IMG/VR virus record: IMGVR_UViG_3300027749_000062
Coordinates: 32,001 to 96,000 of that record
Reading direction: 5' to 3' (one strand)
DNA length: 64,000 nucleotides
Origin: a virus
The notes below the pieces were generated by a model that saw only the letters and a program-made list of their open reading frames with translations, searched no databases and was not told the DNA's origin. A program made the position numbers and the translations under genes. Shown here one piece after another: positions 1 to 8,922 of the stretch. Position 1 is the stretch's first letter, and every line of letters starts with the position of its first letter.

Positions 1-2888
1 TTTTCTGGCCTACAAGCAAATGCAAGCGGGCCTGTTCCTGCGACTATGCCGATTTGGTTTGTGCCAGCCGCTGGGTTTCCGCTTGAAATCCAAGTGTTAT
101 TTTTGGCAAACCATACCTTGCGAGTTGCCCCGTCAAAAGCAATACCAAGCACATCACCAGACGCAAACGTAGCGGCCGATGAAGAAGTGGAGCCATTTAT
201 AAAGTAGCTACTGTTGTCCCATGCAATTACCCCGCTGACGTTCATCGAACCGCTTGGAGAAATATTGGCAACAGTAATATCTGCAACAGCAACAGTAGGG
301 TATGTTGTGTTTGAAAGCGTTAATTCTGCATACCAAAGTCCTGAACCTTGTGAAGCAATTGTGGACATAAACGCACCGCTTGGGTAATTTGGCCCTTGCG
401 CTGTTAAATTCCCATTGGTTAAATATATTGTTGAAATATTATCTTTTCTCAATGGATTCCAAGTAGCGTAATTCGCCACTGTCGCGCTTGTCAGCGTTGG
501 CACATCCGTCATGGAGTCGTAGGTTGTGCCAGTAGTCACGCTGATGTTGTTCGTCGTCCAGTTGTTGCCCTGCGGGCTGGTGTCGTAGCCCAGCGTGGTG
601 GTCGATGTGTTGTTGCCGAAGGTCAGATAGAACCCGTTCGTGCCATACGAGCCGCCGTAGGTGATGGGTTGCCATACGCCGTAGCTGTTGAACGTGCCAA
701 AACTGGATGGTGTCAGGGCTGCGCCGTCAATGAAGTTGACCTCAGCAAGATAGCCATCAAAATTTTCAGTGCTGGACGATGAACATCCTAAGTAATGGGC
801 AATTGCGCTGTTGAATTGCGTATCAAAATTTTGTGATGGGTAGTTGGTGGCAGAAAATGAAGTAACTACAACTCCATTAACATAAATCAAAATACGATTT
901 GATGCTGTTGCTTGCGTGGTGTCAACCGCAACTACTATGTGATACCAAGCAGATGGGTCACGATAAAGCGCAGTAGTGTAAGTTCCACCGGAAACTCCAG
1001 CGCTAAATGATACTTGAATAGCATTTGTTGAATCTAAAATAATACCACCCCAAGGAGAACCGCTATGCGCTGTAAAAAGAAATTGCGCCGCGCCTGTAGC
1101 AAGATTTCCGCGCTTAACCCAACCGCTCCATGTCCATGTTTTTTGGTTGGATGCTTTAGCGGGAGTTCGGTTCAAATAAGAATTGTTGGTGCTACGGAAC
1201 CGCAGTGAACGGCTTGCGTACTTGATGGGCGTTAGGTATCCGCTGGAGGTAAATGTGTGGATGACATTGCCGCCAGAGATGGTCACTGTGCCACCAGCCA
1301 TCTGCTGGGTAGAGCCGGCGTAAGAAATGATGACTACGCCAGAGCCGCCGTTACCGCCGGTGCCTGAAACATAAGAACCACCGCCGCCGCCGCCAGTACC
1401 GGCTGTTCCACTGGTGCCGGTTGTTGTGCCACTTCCTGCGCCTCCACCGCCGGCGCCGCCGGTGCCCGCAGTGCCACTACCATAACTACCGCCGCCGCCA
1501 CCGCCAGCATAGGTAACGCTTGAACCACTAATACTGCTTGCCGTGCCTGCACCGCCATTACCTGAAATTGAACCACCAGAACCATTTCCTCCAACTGCAC
1601 TAGCGCCACCGCCACCACCAGCGGGATAAGGAGAAGATAGTTGAGTTCCATTGCTGCCGCCATTATTACCTTGACTTGGGCTGGTACTTGGAGTATTTCC
1701 TGATCCTCCATTTGTTATAGAATTTGAAAATCCGCCACCGCCGCCACCAGATCCACCAGATCCGCCGGACAGTTCTCCACTATTTCCAATTCGTGCGCCG
1801 TTGCCGCCACCAGCTGAAGTAATATTTAAAAAAACTGAATTAGCGCCATTAGTTGATGCCGGTGTTCCGCTGCCACCAACTCCTCCACTTCCTCCACTGC
1901 CAACGGTGATTACATAATTAGAGTTGGTATCAATCGTGACCCCAGTACCAGTGCGAAAACCTCCAGCACCACCGCCGCCTGAAGCGCCTCCGCCACCACC
2001 ACCAACAACAAGATATTGTGCTGTCAGTGAAGACAAAGGCAACAGAGTTCCTGATGTGTTAAATATGTGAATTGTGTTTGTGCCATCAGTTGTGACAACT
2101 CCGCCACCGAATTGCTGTGCGCCAACGTAGGAGATGATTACGACACCGGAGCCTCCGTTGCCGCCCGTTGTACCACTAACTGATGCTCCACCGCCACCAC
2201 CACCAAGGTTTGCTGTACCGGAGCTACCAGCACCAGAGGATGCACCATTGCCACCACCGCCATTACCACCTGTGCCTCGAGTTGATTGAGTTGTAGCACC
2301 GCCTCCACCGCCACCAGCATAGTAGGTAGATGTGCCTGAGATGCTATTTGCAGTACCTACGCCACCAGCACCAGATTGCCCATTTACACCGGCAGCACCG
2401 ACCGCCGAAGAACCGCCGCCACCACCAGTTGCACTGTAAGAAGCATTGTCCGTAATACCTTGTCCACCAGCGTAACCTTGCACTGGGGATGTAGATGGTG
2501 TGTTTCCAGCGCCGCCAGCGGCTGGTGTTCCATCAGGGCCACCACCACTACCAGAACCACCAGCAACGCCTACGTTACTAGCGGTAACTCCTCCCCCACC
2601 TCCTGCCGAAGTGGTTGCGTTAAATGTGGAATCACTACCAGATGCACCAGTACTATTTGCACCAGCACCTCCAGCGCCAACTGTGACTGTGTAAGACAGT
2701 GATGGGTTTAATGATGCTGTTCCCGTCCGATAACCGCCCGCGCCCCCTCCGCTACCGCCGTGAGAAGCAACGCCTCCACCACCCGCGCCCCCGCCAGCAA
2801 CTACAAGATAACTGACGGTAACCGATTGCAGTCCAGTCCACCCAAAGGCAGCAAGTGCGGCCGCTCCAATTTTCGATAAACGTGGCAT
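1..2888 (-). CDS. Large tail fibre/adhesin, 3'-partial (runs off the window): two Gly-rich modules, then LamG/concanavalin-like and SPRY-like domains
   Basis: Absent from the ORF track. Manual translation from ATG at 2888 (MPRLSKIGAAALAAFGW...SYLVVAGGG) is open to the window edge. It has two YLVVxGGG...GSGVVIISY...IHxF modules, then WTWSGWVKRG/RDPSAWYHIVVAVDTT/FDGYLAEVNFIDG (LamG-like) and GLWYAE...GDVLGIAFDG (SPRY-like). Confidence 0.85.
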   Translation of the reverse strand, partial: MPRLSKIGAAALAAFGWTGLQSVTVSYLVVAGGGAGGGGVASHGGSGGGAGGYRTGTASLNPSLSYTVTVGAGGAGANSTGASGSDSTFNATTSAGGGGGVTASNVGVAGGSGSGGGPDGTPAAGGAGNTPSTSPVQGYAGGQGITDNASYSATGGGGGSSAVGAAGVNGQSGAGGVGTANSISGTSTYYAGGGGGGATTQSTRGTGGNGGGGNGASSGAGSSGTANLGGGGGGASVSGTTGGNGGSGVVIISYVGAQQFGGGVVTTDGTNTIHIFNTSGTLLPLSSLTAQYLVVGGGGGGASGGGGAGGFRTGTGVTIDTNSNYVITVGSGGSGGVGGSGTPASTNGANSVFLNITSAGGGNGARIGNSGELSGGSGGSGGGGGGFSNSITNGGSGNTPSTSPSQGNNGGSNGTQLSSPYPAGGGGGASAVGGNGSGGSISGNGGAGTASSISGSSVTYAGGGGGGSYGSGTAGTGGAGGGGAGSGTTTGTSGTAGTGGGGGGSYVSGTGGNGGSGVVIISYAGSTQQMAGGTVTISGGNVIHTFTSSGYLTPIKYASRSLRFRSTNNSYLNRTPAKASNQKTWTWSGWVKRGNLATGAAQFLFTAHSGSPWGGIILDSTNAIQVSFSAGVSGGTYTTALYRDPSAWYHIVVAVDTTQATASNRILIYVNGVVVTSFSATNYPSQNFDTQFNSAIAHYLGCSSSSTENFDGYLAEVNFIDGAALTPSSFGTFNSYGVWQPITYGGSYGTNGFYLTFGNNTSTTTLGYDTSPQGNNWTTNNISVTTGTTYDSMTDVPTLTSATVANYATWNPLRKDNISTIYLTNGNLTAQGPNYPSGAFMSTIASQGSGLWYAELTLSNTTYPTVAVADITVANISPSGSMNVSGVIAWDNSSYFINGSTSSSAATFASGDVLGIAFDGATRKVWFAKNNTWISSGNPAAGTNQIGIVAGTGPLAFACRPE

Positions 2889-2898
2889 CAATTATCCT

Positions 2899-3393
2899 TT
2901 ATGCAAATTTTGTCAACGAAGCCAACACAACAAAAGTTGCACTTCCAGTTTTCTGAATAACATATGTATAACAGTCAATAGAACTTGCATTACCACTTGT
3001 TGGCGCAGAACCGCCTTGCCATTTAGGTGTTACTGAATTACCGTCAATTGTCACGGCACTATTATAATATGCTGTAGAACCTTGAGTAACTAGAAAAGTA
3101 GCAGAAGCAACTTCACCAGTTGCAAGCATAGAGTCCAAACTGTTACCACTTGAAGCTCGAAAATTAAGTGTCCAGTTTCCGGATGCGTTAGTGCTATAAT
3201 ACATTACAGATTGAGTAGCCAAATCATAGTTAACTGTACCTGTAGCAGCAGTCGCAGCAATCGTATCAACTTCAGCAATGCTTGACGTTTTAATAGAAGG
3301 CAGACTTGACGAACCAGTAAAAATAATGGTGTCAGTATTTTGTTGTTCTTGTATTGATGTTCCGTTAAGAACCAATGTGTATCTAGTTGTCAT
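2899..3393 (-). CDS. Tail fibre adaptor/structural protein
   Basis: 164 aa. Beta-rich, ending ...VTPKWQGGSAP...IDCYTYVIQKT...LASLTKFA, typical of phage fibre-associated proteins. RBS present. Confidence 0.65.
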   Translation of the reverse strand: MTTRYTLVLNGTSIQEQQNTDTIIFTGSSSLPSIKTSSIAEVDTIAATAATGTVNYDLATQSVMYYSTNASGNWTLNFRASSGNSLDSMLATGEVASATFLVTQGSTAYYNSAVTIDGNSVTPKWQGGSAPTSGNASSIDCYTYVIQKTGSATFVVLASLTKFA

Positions 3394-3401
3394 ATTTTTC
3401 C

Positions 3402-3824
3402 TTAACTTACTGGCACGTTAATTGTAGAACCTGAGCGATTCAAAATTGGCAATAAACCGTTACCAACAGGTATACTAATTGAGGAACCTGCTCTATTTAG
3501 GACGTATAAAGTAGTAGGTAATGTGCTCCAGCTAGCAGTAGTTCCATTTGTTTTTAAGAAATTATTCGCATAACCTGTTTGCGAAGGTAATGGAGAAAAA
3601 GTAGTCCATGCTGGAGGTGAATCTCCTCCACTGATTAGTACTTGTCCTGAAGTACCATATGCAGTATTACTCGTACCAAATGCAATACCTCCATTGGAAG
3701 TCAAAGTAACTACAGTTACATTATTACCTGTTTGAAATTGCAAAGAGCCGGTACTATCGGCACTTGTTTTAAGTCCTGGTACTCCTGTTATTAATCCTGA
3801 ATCTGCTGATATAATGCTAGACAT
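3402..3824 (-). CDS. Short tail fibre segment protein
   Basis: 140 aa. YGTSGQVLISGG..PAW and NFLKTNGTTASW fibre repeats. N-terminal module shared with neighbouring fibres. Confidence 0.65.
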   Translation of the reverse strand: MSSIISADSGLITGVPGLKTSADSTGSLQFQTGNNVTVVTLTSNGGIAFGTSNTAYGTSGQVLISGGDSPPAWTTFSPLPSQTGYANNFLKTNGTTASWSTLPTTLYVLNRAGSSISIPVGNGLLPILNRSGSTINVPVS

Positions 3825-3832
3825 TTTTTTCC

Positions 3833-4963
3833 TTATGCTGTGTATGTGCCGCTGGAGGTGAACGTGTGGATTGTGTTTCCACCAGAAGATGTTACTGTAC
3901 CGCCAGAACCGCGTTGTGAACCGGAGTAACTGATGATTACGATACCGGAGCCGCCATTGCCACCAATTCTTCCATTACTTCCGGCATTACCACCGCCGCC
4001 GCCGCCACCGCCAAGATTTGTAGTGCCAGCAACTCCATTTGCGCCGTTGTAAACAGCCCCGGCTCCACCACCGCCAGCGCCGCCTGCTCCGTTGGTTCCC
4101 CCGTTGATACCACCACCTCCACCACCACCAGCGTAATATGTGGAAGTACCTGAAATTGAAGAAGCAAGGCCAGCGCCGCCTGCACCAGAATTAGAGGTAC
4201 TAGAACCGCCTACTGCGCCAGCGCCACCACCGCCGCTGCACCCGTTTCCGCCACTGGCAGTTCCACCTGCATTACCTTGCCCTGCTGTGCCAGCGTAACC
4301 ACTGGTAGCGGGGCCACCGCCGCTTCCAGAACCGCCAGCAATTCCGTTACCAGTGCCTCCGCCAATTGCAGTAAGAGAACTAAGAACTGAATTGCCGCCT
4401 GCTGTTGCGGTGTAGGTGCCATCTCCTGTTCCACCAGCGCCAATGGTGACGGCATATGCAGTTCCCGAAGCAAGACTCAAAGAACTGCCCGACAACAACC
4501 CACCAGCCCCGGCTCCGCCACCTGCTGGCCCATAACCGCCCCCGCCGCCAGCCACAACTAAATAGCTAACTGCGTATGTAGTAACAATTGAACCCCAGTA
4601 GGAGCCGTTGTACAGTTCAAATGAAGACGTTGTGGAGTTGTAGCGAATCATGCCAGCCACTGCTGTGGGCTGCTGTGCAGTAGTGCCGATGGGCAATGTC
4701 AATGCACCCGTGCTATTCAAGGTGACGTTCTGGCTCGTGTCGATGGTGACCGCAGTCGTTCCTGCGCTTTTTATTGTTAGTGCCGTAGCTGCTGCTGAAC
4801 CAATAGTATTTACCGTAGCTGTGCCTGCAAAGGTAGTGTTCCGGCTTGCATCTATGGTGACCGCAGTTGTTCCTGCCGTTTGGAATGCAAGGACTCCTGA
4901 GGCATCTGCGGTCTGTATTAAACCACCTGTACCTGTATTGCTGGCGTTGATTGTTGTGGTCAT
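3833..4963 (-). CDS. Gly-rich tail fibre tip/adhesin
   Basis: 376 aa. LPIGTTAQQP..GMIRYN fibre repeat, then a YLVVAGGGG...GSGIVIISY...IHTFTSSG Gly-rich module. Confidence 0.75.
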   Translation of the reverse strand: MTTTINASNTGTGGLIQTADASGVLAFQTAGTTAVTIDASRNTTFAGTATVNTIGSAAATALTIKSAGTTAVTIDTSQNVTLNSTGALTLPIGTTAQQPTAVAGMIRYNSTTSSFELYNGSYWGSIVTTYAVSYLVVAGGGGGYGPAGGGAGAGGLLSGSSLSLASGTAYAVTIGAGGTGDGTYTATAGGNSVLSSLTAIGGGTGNGIAGGSGSGGGPATSGYAGTAGQGNAGGTASGGNGCSGGGGAGAVGGSSTSNSGAGGAGLASSISGTSTYYAGGGGGGGINGGTNGAGGAGGGGAGAVYNGANGVAGTTNLGGGGGGGGNAGSNGRIGGNGGSGIVIISYSGSQRGSGGTVTSSGGNTIHTFTSSGTYTA

Positions 4964-5130
4964 GCTGGTGTATCCGCTGGTTCAGGTGTATTACCTTCAG
5001 CAAGCCATTCTAGGTAGGCTTCAGCAGTAACTAAACAAGATTCCTGCTTGCCATCAGACCATTCACGCCACACAACATTTTCTTGTTGAGTCGTTGGGTC
5101 TTTAACTAATTTCCAAATTGGTGTTGTCAT
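4960..5130 (-). CDS. Small tail fibre assembly chaperone-like protein (56 aa)
   Basis: Below the ORF-track cutoff. MTTPIWKLVKD...YLEWLAEGNTPEPADTPA; ATGA overlaps with both neighbours. The YxxWLAEGNTPEPAD motif is common in small proteins that follow fibre genes. Confidence 0.7.
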   Translation of the reverse strand: MTTPIWKLVKDPTTQQENVVWREWSDGKQESCLVTAEAYLEWLAEGNTPEPADTPA

Positions 5131-6344
5131 AATTCACATCCTGTCGCAATAATTAAACTAGTCGCACTACTGCTTTGTAAAGAAGTTGCATTTCCAATAG
5201 TAAGACCACTTGAACCAGTTACATTTAAGGCAAAAGTTGACAAATTTGTTCCAGTTCCATAAATAGCTACTGTTCCTGCGGCAGAAGTTCCATAATTAGC
5301 TGGTATCACAGCAAAAGTTCCACTAGTCGTTATTCCTGTTGCCGCTACTCTAGGCTGAACAGGATAAGGTGCTGTAAAAATAGCCGCAGTTGATGCATAA
5401 CATTGTCCCGCAAACGGGAAATTGCTACTTGCACCAGAAACAGACCAAGCAGGACAATATCTCTGACATAAAGCCAACTCAGTACCATACGGGCGGTAAT
5501 CAAACGATGTAGCTGTGCTGCCTTTTTCTAGCTGTACGCCTGTGATGTAGAACGTGGCTCCGCTTGTGCCGACTACGCTGGTTGCGCCTGTAGCAGAACG
5601 ATAATCACCAGCCGCCCATGCTCCAGCCGTTCCGCTAAAAGTAGAGCCTACACCCAATCCAAAATTAACATAAACCCCAACCCCATTAGTTGCCCCCGCC
5701 CAAGTTCCAGTAGTATCACCAGCAATTGTTATGCTGATTGTTGTCCATGTATTTGCTGAAGAGATGGTGTATGTAAAAGGATATGACCTATTAAAACTTG
5801 ACCCATTTCCTAAACTTCCACCAAAAGTTCCAGTAAGTGATGAATAAACTCTAAAAGATAATGTAACTGTCTGTGCGTTTGCAGTACCCCAAGCCATATC
5901 TGCAAAATTAAACCCTTCAATTGCTTGAATAAATGTGTAAATGCTTCCAGCAACTATTGAAAATGCCGATTGGGATGTTATTCCAAAATAGTTATTAAAT
6001 CCAACTGGAGGAGTTACCGAGCCAGCATTTTGTTGCCCAACAACTTTACCAGTTGTCGGGTATTGAACAACTTGCCATCTATCTACCGTGTATCCACTAA
6101 TAGTATTCGCCGTTGCCGCCCCCGCATTACGCTGGTCAATCACCATCGCACCATTGATGATGCGGTTCTTGAAGCCAAAGGTGTTTGGCAGGTTTGCGTA
6201 GCCAGCAAAGGTGGCATTTTGCGAAGTATCCAGTGTGAGCGCAGTCGTGCCGTTGTTGGTCTGCAATACCAACGCACCTGTGGTATCAGCAGTAGCAACC
6301 AAACCGGTACTGGATGTTGTTCCTGCAGAAATACTTGATGCCAT
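5127..6344 (-). CDS. Tail fibre with carbohydrate-binding-like domain
   Basis: 405 aa. FKNRIINGAMVIDQRN...DRW, GVQLEKGSTATSFDYRPYGTELALCQRY: a widespread phage fibre family. Confidence 0.8.
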   Translation of the reverse strand: MASSISAGTTSSTGLVATADTTGALVLQTNNGTTALTLDTSQNATFAGYANLPNTFGFKNRIINGAMVIDQRNAGAATANTISGYTVDRWQVVQYPTTGKVVGQQNAGSVTPPVGFNNYFGITSQSAFSIVAGSIYTFIQAIEGFNFADMAWGTANAQTVTLSFRVYSSLTGTFGGSLGNGSSFNRSYPFTYTISSANTWTTISITIAGDTTGTWAGATNGVGVYVNFGLGVGSTFSGTAGAWAAGDYRSATGATSVVGTSGATFYITGVQLEKGSTATSFDYRPYGTELALCQRYCPAWSVSGASSNFPFAGQCYASTAAIFTAPYPVQPRVAATGITTSGTFAVIPANYGTSAAGTVAIYGTGTNLSTFALNVTGSSGLTIGNATSLQSSSATSLIIATGCEL

Positions 6345-6353
6345 TTATTATCC

Positions 6354-6968
6354 TTAAAAAATTAACCAGCGTTGGCCGCTGGTAATTGTAACTGATTGTC
6401 CATTCGCCACAGTCACAGGACCAACTGTCATAGCATTATAACCTGCAGCAATTGTATAACTTGAACTTATCGTTGCTCTATTTAGGTATAAACCATTATT
6501 TGCCGTGACTACAGATGCTTGTAATTCACCGGTAGATGGTTTATATAACAAATTTGTATTGCTGGTATAAACTGTAGTCGCAGAACCAGTTGTTGATGCC
6601 GCAAACAATGGATACTCATAACTAGCAGTCGTTGTATCGTTGCTTAGAGTTGCACCACCAACAGAAGTCCATGCAGGAGATGCACCACCATATCCCTCAA
6701 ATTGGCTTGTCGTTGTATTGTAACGCAACATACCAGTAGCTGGACTTGCTGGTTGTTGTCCTGTTGTACCTTTACTTAATGTAAGAGCTCCAGTGGATGT
6801 AAAAGTGCCATTTTGGTTTGCATCAATCAAAAAGGCTTGTGTGCCGTTAGTGGATATAGCTAATTGATTTGTGTTTGGATAGTAAACACCCGTAGTTGTG
6901 CCAGCAGTACCACCTTGTATTGCTGGTGTCGTTGCGCTATTGTCTGTGCCGTTAAGAAATAATGGCAT
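6354..6968 (-). CDS. Tail fibre connector protein
   Basis: 204 aa. GTTGQQP..GMLRYNTT..FEGY fibre repeat; C-terminal module N..TI...GP.TV..G..V....GQRW.I. Confidence 0.7.
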   Translation of the reverse strand: MPLFLNGTDNSATTPAIQGGTAGTTTGVYYPNTNQLAISTNGTQAFLIDANQNGTFTSTGALTLSKGTTGQQPASPATGMLRYNTTTSQFEGYGGASPAWTSVGGATLSNDTTTASYEYPLFAASTTGSATTVYTSNTNLLYKPSTGELQASVVTANNGLYLNRATISSSYTIAAGYNAMTVGPVTVANGQSVTITSGQRWLIF

Positions 6969-7002
6969 AGTTTACTCCACAATTTAGAATGGTTGTTTTC
7001 AT

Positions 7003-7347
7003 TTATTCCAGAACAACCCAAGAAGTAGTTGATTCATTCCATTCGTATATGCCGTCAGTAGGCATTGGTGTTGGTGCATCCCACAGGCAAGTTTCATCAT
7101 TCAATGTCCAAGATGGAAATGGTTGTGGTGGAATAAAAGCGTCACGGGTTCTATCGTAAGTAAAACCAACACCAGCGTAATTTTTACGCAATGGAGTGCC
7201 GCCGTTAGCGTGAACACCGCCTCGGGTATTATAACTAGTCTGGATCCATTCACCAGGACTTGTGTCTACGAATGTTTGAAAAAACTCAGGTTCAGCCACA
7301 ATGACTTGAACTACTACGCCGTTTGATACTTTTGCAAAATGTGCCAT
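7003..7347 (-). CDS. Conserved fibre-associated small protein (putative chaperone)
   Basis: 114 aa. MAHFAK...WIQTSYNT...LRKNYAG.G.TYD..RDAFIPPQPFPSW: a family usually found beside Gly-rich fibre genes. Confidence 0.7.
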   Translation of the reverse strand: MAHFAKVSNGVVVQVIVAEPEFFQTFVDTSPGEWIQTSYNTRGGVHANGGTPLRKNYAGVGFTYDRTRDAFIPPQPFPSWTLNDETCLWDAPTPMPTDGIYEWNESTTSWVVLE

Positions 7348-7365
7348 ATTAACTCCTTAACTTTT

Positions 7366-8913
7366 TTATGCTGTGTATGTACCGCTTGATGTAAATGTAT
7401 GTATAGTGTTTCCACCAGAAGATGTTACTGTACCACCTGTGCCTTTTTGCGAACCGGAGTAACTGATGATGACGATGCCGGAACCACCATTAGTGCCCGT
7501 ATTTGGGGCGTTCCATGTACAGCCCCCACCACCACCAGAATTTACAGTCGCGGCATTGGGATATGCGCCGCCGCCACCTGCACCGCCGCTGCCGTTACCA
7601 CCAGCGCCGGCACCACCACCACCGCCAGCGTAAGTAACACTGGAACCGGATATGCTACTTGCTGTTCCAGCACCACCCGTTCCACCAGAAGAACCAGAAC
7701 CAGAATTTCCGGCCGCTGAAGCGCCTCCGCCGCCACCACACGCATTGCCACCACCTCCACCGCCACCGGCATTTCCTTGCCCAGTAGTGCCAGAGCCGCC
7801 GCCATTACCACCGCGGCCGCCACCACCAGAACCACCAGAAACGCCAGTACCGGAACTACCGCCACCACCACCAAGAGCAGTTACAAGACTACCAATACTT
7901 GAATTACCGCCGGTATCACCAACACCGGTTGCCGCTGGTTGAGCGGATCCACCTGCACCAACAGTCACTGTGTATGCGGTTCCAGTAAGAACACTGGTAG
8001 ACGAAGTTAAAAGGCCTCCAGCCCCTCCGCCACCTGAACCTCCGCTGCCACCGCCACCGCCAGCAACTACCAAATAACTGACTGTGTAAAAACCTAAATT
8101 AGCTAATGTGGTGAGAAATGTTGGTGTAAGAGCCGTGCTGAACACAAACCATGAAGTGGATGCAGAACGATATATGTAAGATATTGATTGTCCCGGCACT
8201 AACCCAGGAATTGTGTTATTCAGCGTCTGTCCTGTATTAGCATTAAGTGTAAGTGTAGTAATTTCTTTTGTGCTACTGAAGCTAACCACCATTCCATCAC
8301 TAGGTGAAGCAGGCATTGTAATGGTTCCGGTAAGCAATGTACCGGCCGGGTTGATTATCAGCGTGTTGTAGGTGCTGAAAGTATATGAGAACCCCGTAGT
8401 CGGGACTAGGTAGTCGTAGTTTTGCACTACGCCTTTACCAGTGGATTTAATTGTGCCCGCGAACGTGGCGTTTTGGCTTGTGTCAATAGTGACCGCTGTG
8501 TTTCCATTAGTAGCAATAGTAACTGGACCACCAGACGAGGCCACAGATACGTTAGATGTGCCGTTAGAAATGGATGTTGTTGACAGAGTAGTCCAAGTAG
8601 GTGATGCACTCGATCCTGCTGAAGTCAGAACTTGTCCGTTTGTTCCAAAAGATGGTGTAGAACCTAAACCTATTGCTTGACTTGAATTAAGTGTGAGCGC
8701 AGTAGTTCCTGCACTTTTTAATGTGAGTGATGTAGCTGCTGCCGAAGTGATAGTGTTTGATGTAATTGAACCATTAAATGTTACATTTTGATTAGAATCG
8801 ATAAGAACTGCATTAGCTGAACTTGTACCAGTTTGTATTTGCAGATTGCCAGATAAATCTGACCTTACTGTAAATGCTGTTGTGAGTAAAGTTCCAGTTG
8901 ATAGTGTGCTCAT
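7366..8913 (-). CDS. Gly-rich tail fibre tip/adhesin
   Basis: 515 aa. FGTNGQVLTSAG repeat and an ITMPASPSDG beta-sandwich. The C-terminal Gly-rich module is paralogous to 3833-4963. Confidence 0.75.
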   Translation of the reverse strand: MSTLSTGTLLTTAFTVRSDLSGNLQIQTGTSSANAVLIDSNQNVTFNGSITSNTITSAAATSLTLKSAGTTALTLNSSQAIGLGSTPSFGTNGQVLTSAGSSASPTWTTLSTTSISNGTSNVSVASSGGPVTIATNGNTAVTIDTSQNATFAGTIKSTGKGVVQNYDYLVPTTGFSYTFSTYNTLIINPAGTLLTGTITMPASPSDGMVVSFSSTKEITTLTLNANTGQTLNNTIPGLVPGQSISYIYRSASTSWFVFSTALTPTFLTTLANLGFYTVSYLVVAGGGGGSGGSGGGGAGGLLTSSTSVLTGTAYTVTVGAGGSAQPAATGVGDTGGNSSIGSLVTALGGGGGSSGTGVSGGSGGGGRGGNGGGSGTTGQGNAGGGGGGGNACGGGGGASAAGNSGSGSSGGTGGAGTASSISGSSVTYAGGGGGAGAGGNGSGGAGGGGAYPNAATVNSGGGGGCTWNAPNTGTNGGSGIVIISYSGSQKGTGGTVTSSGGNTIHTFTSSGTYTA

Positions 8914-8922
8914 TTTTTTATT

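Noticed and set aside
3833-7483. Possible diversity-generating retroelement TR/VR pair in the similar fibre 3' ends
   Set aside because: Both copies are coding, the differences are mostly synonymous rather than adenine-specific, and no reverse transcriptase is in the window.
439-8680. Many short alternative-frame and antisense ORFs (Val/Ala-rich, Pro-rich) in the ORF track
   Set aside because: They are shadows of the Gly-rich fibre genes (GGN codons read in other frames), lack RBSs and overlap better-supported CDSs.
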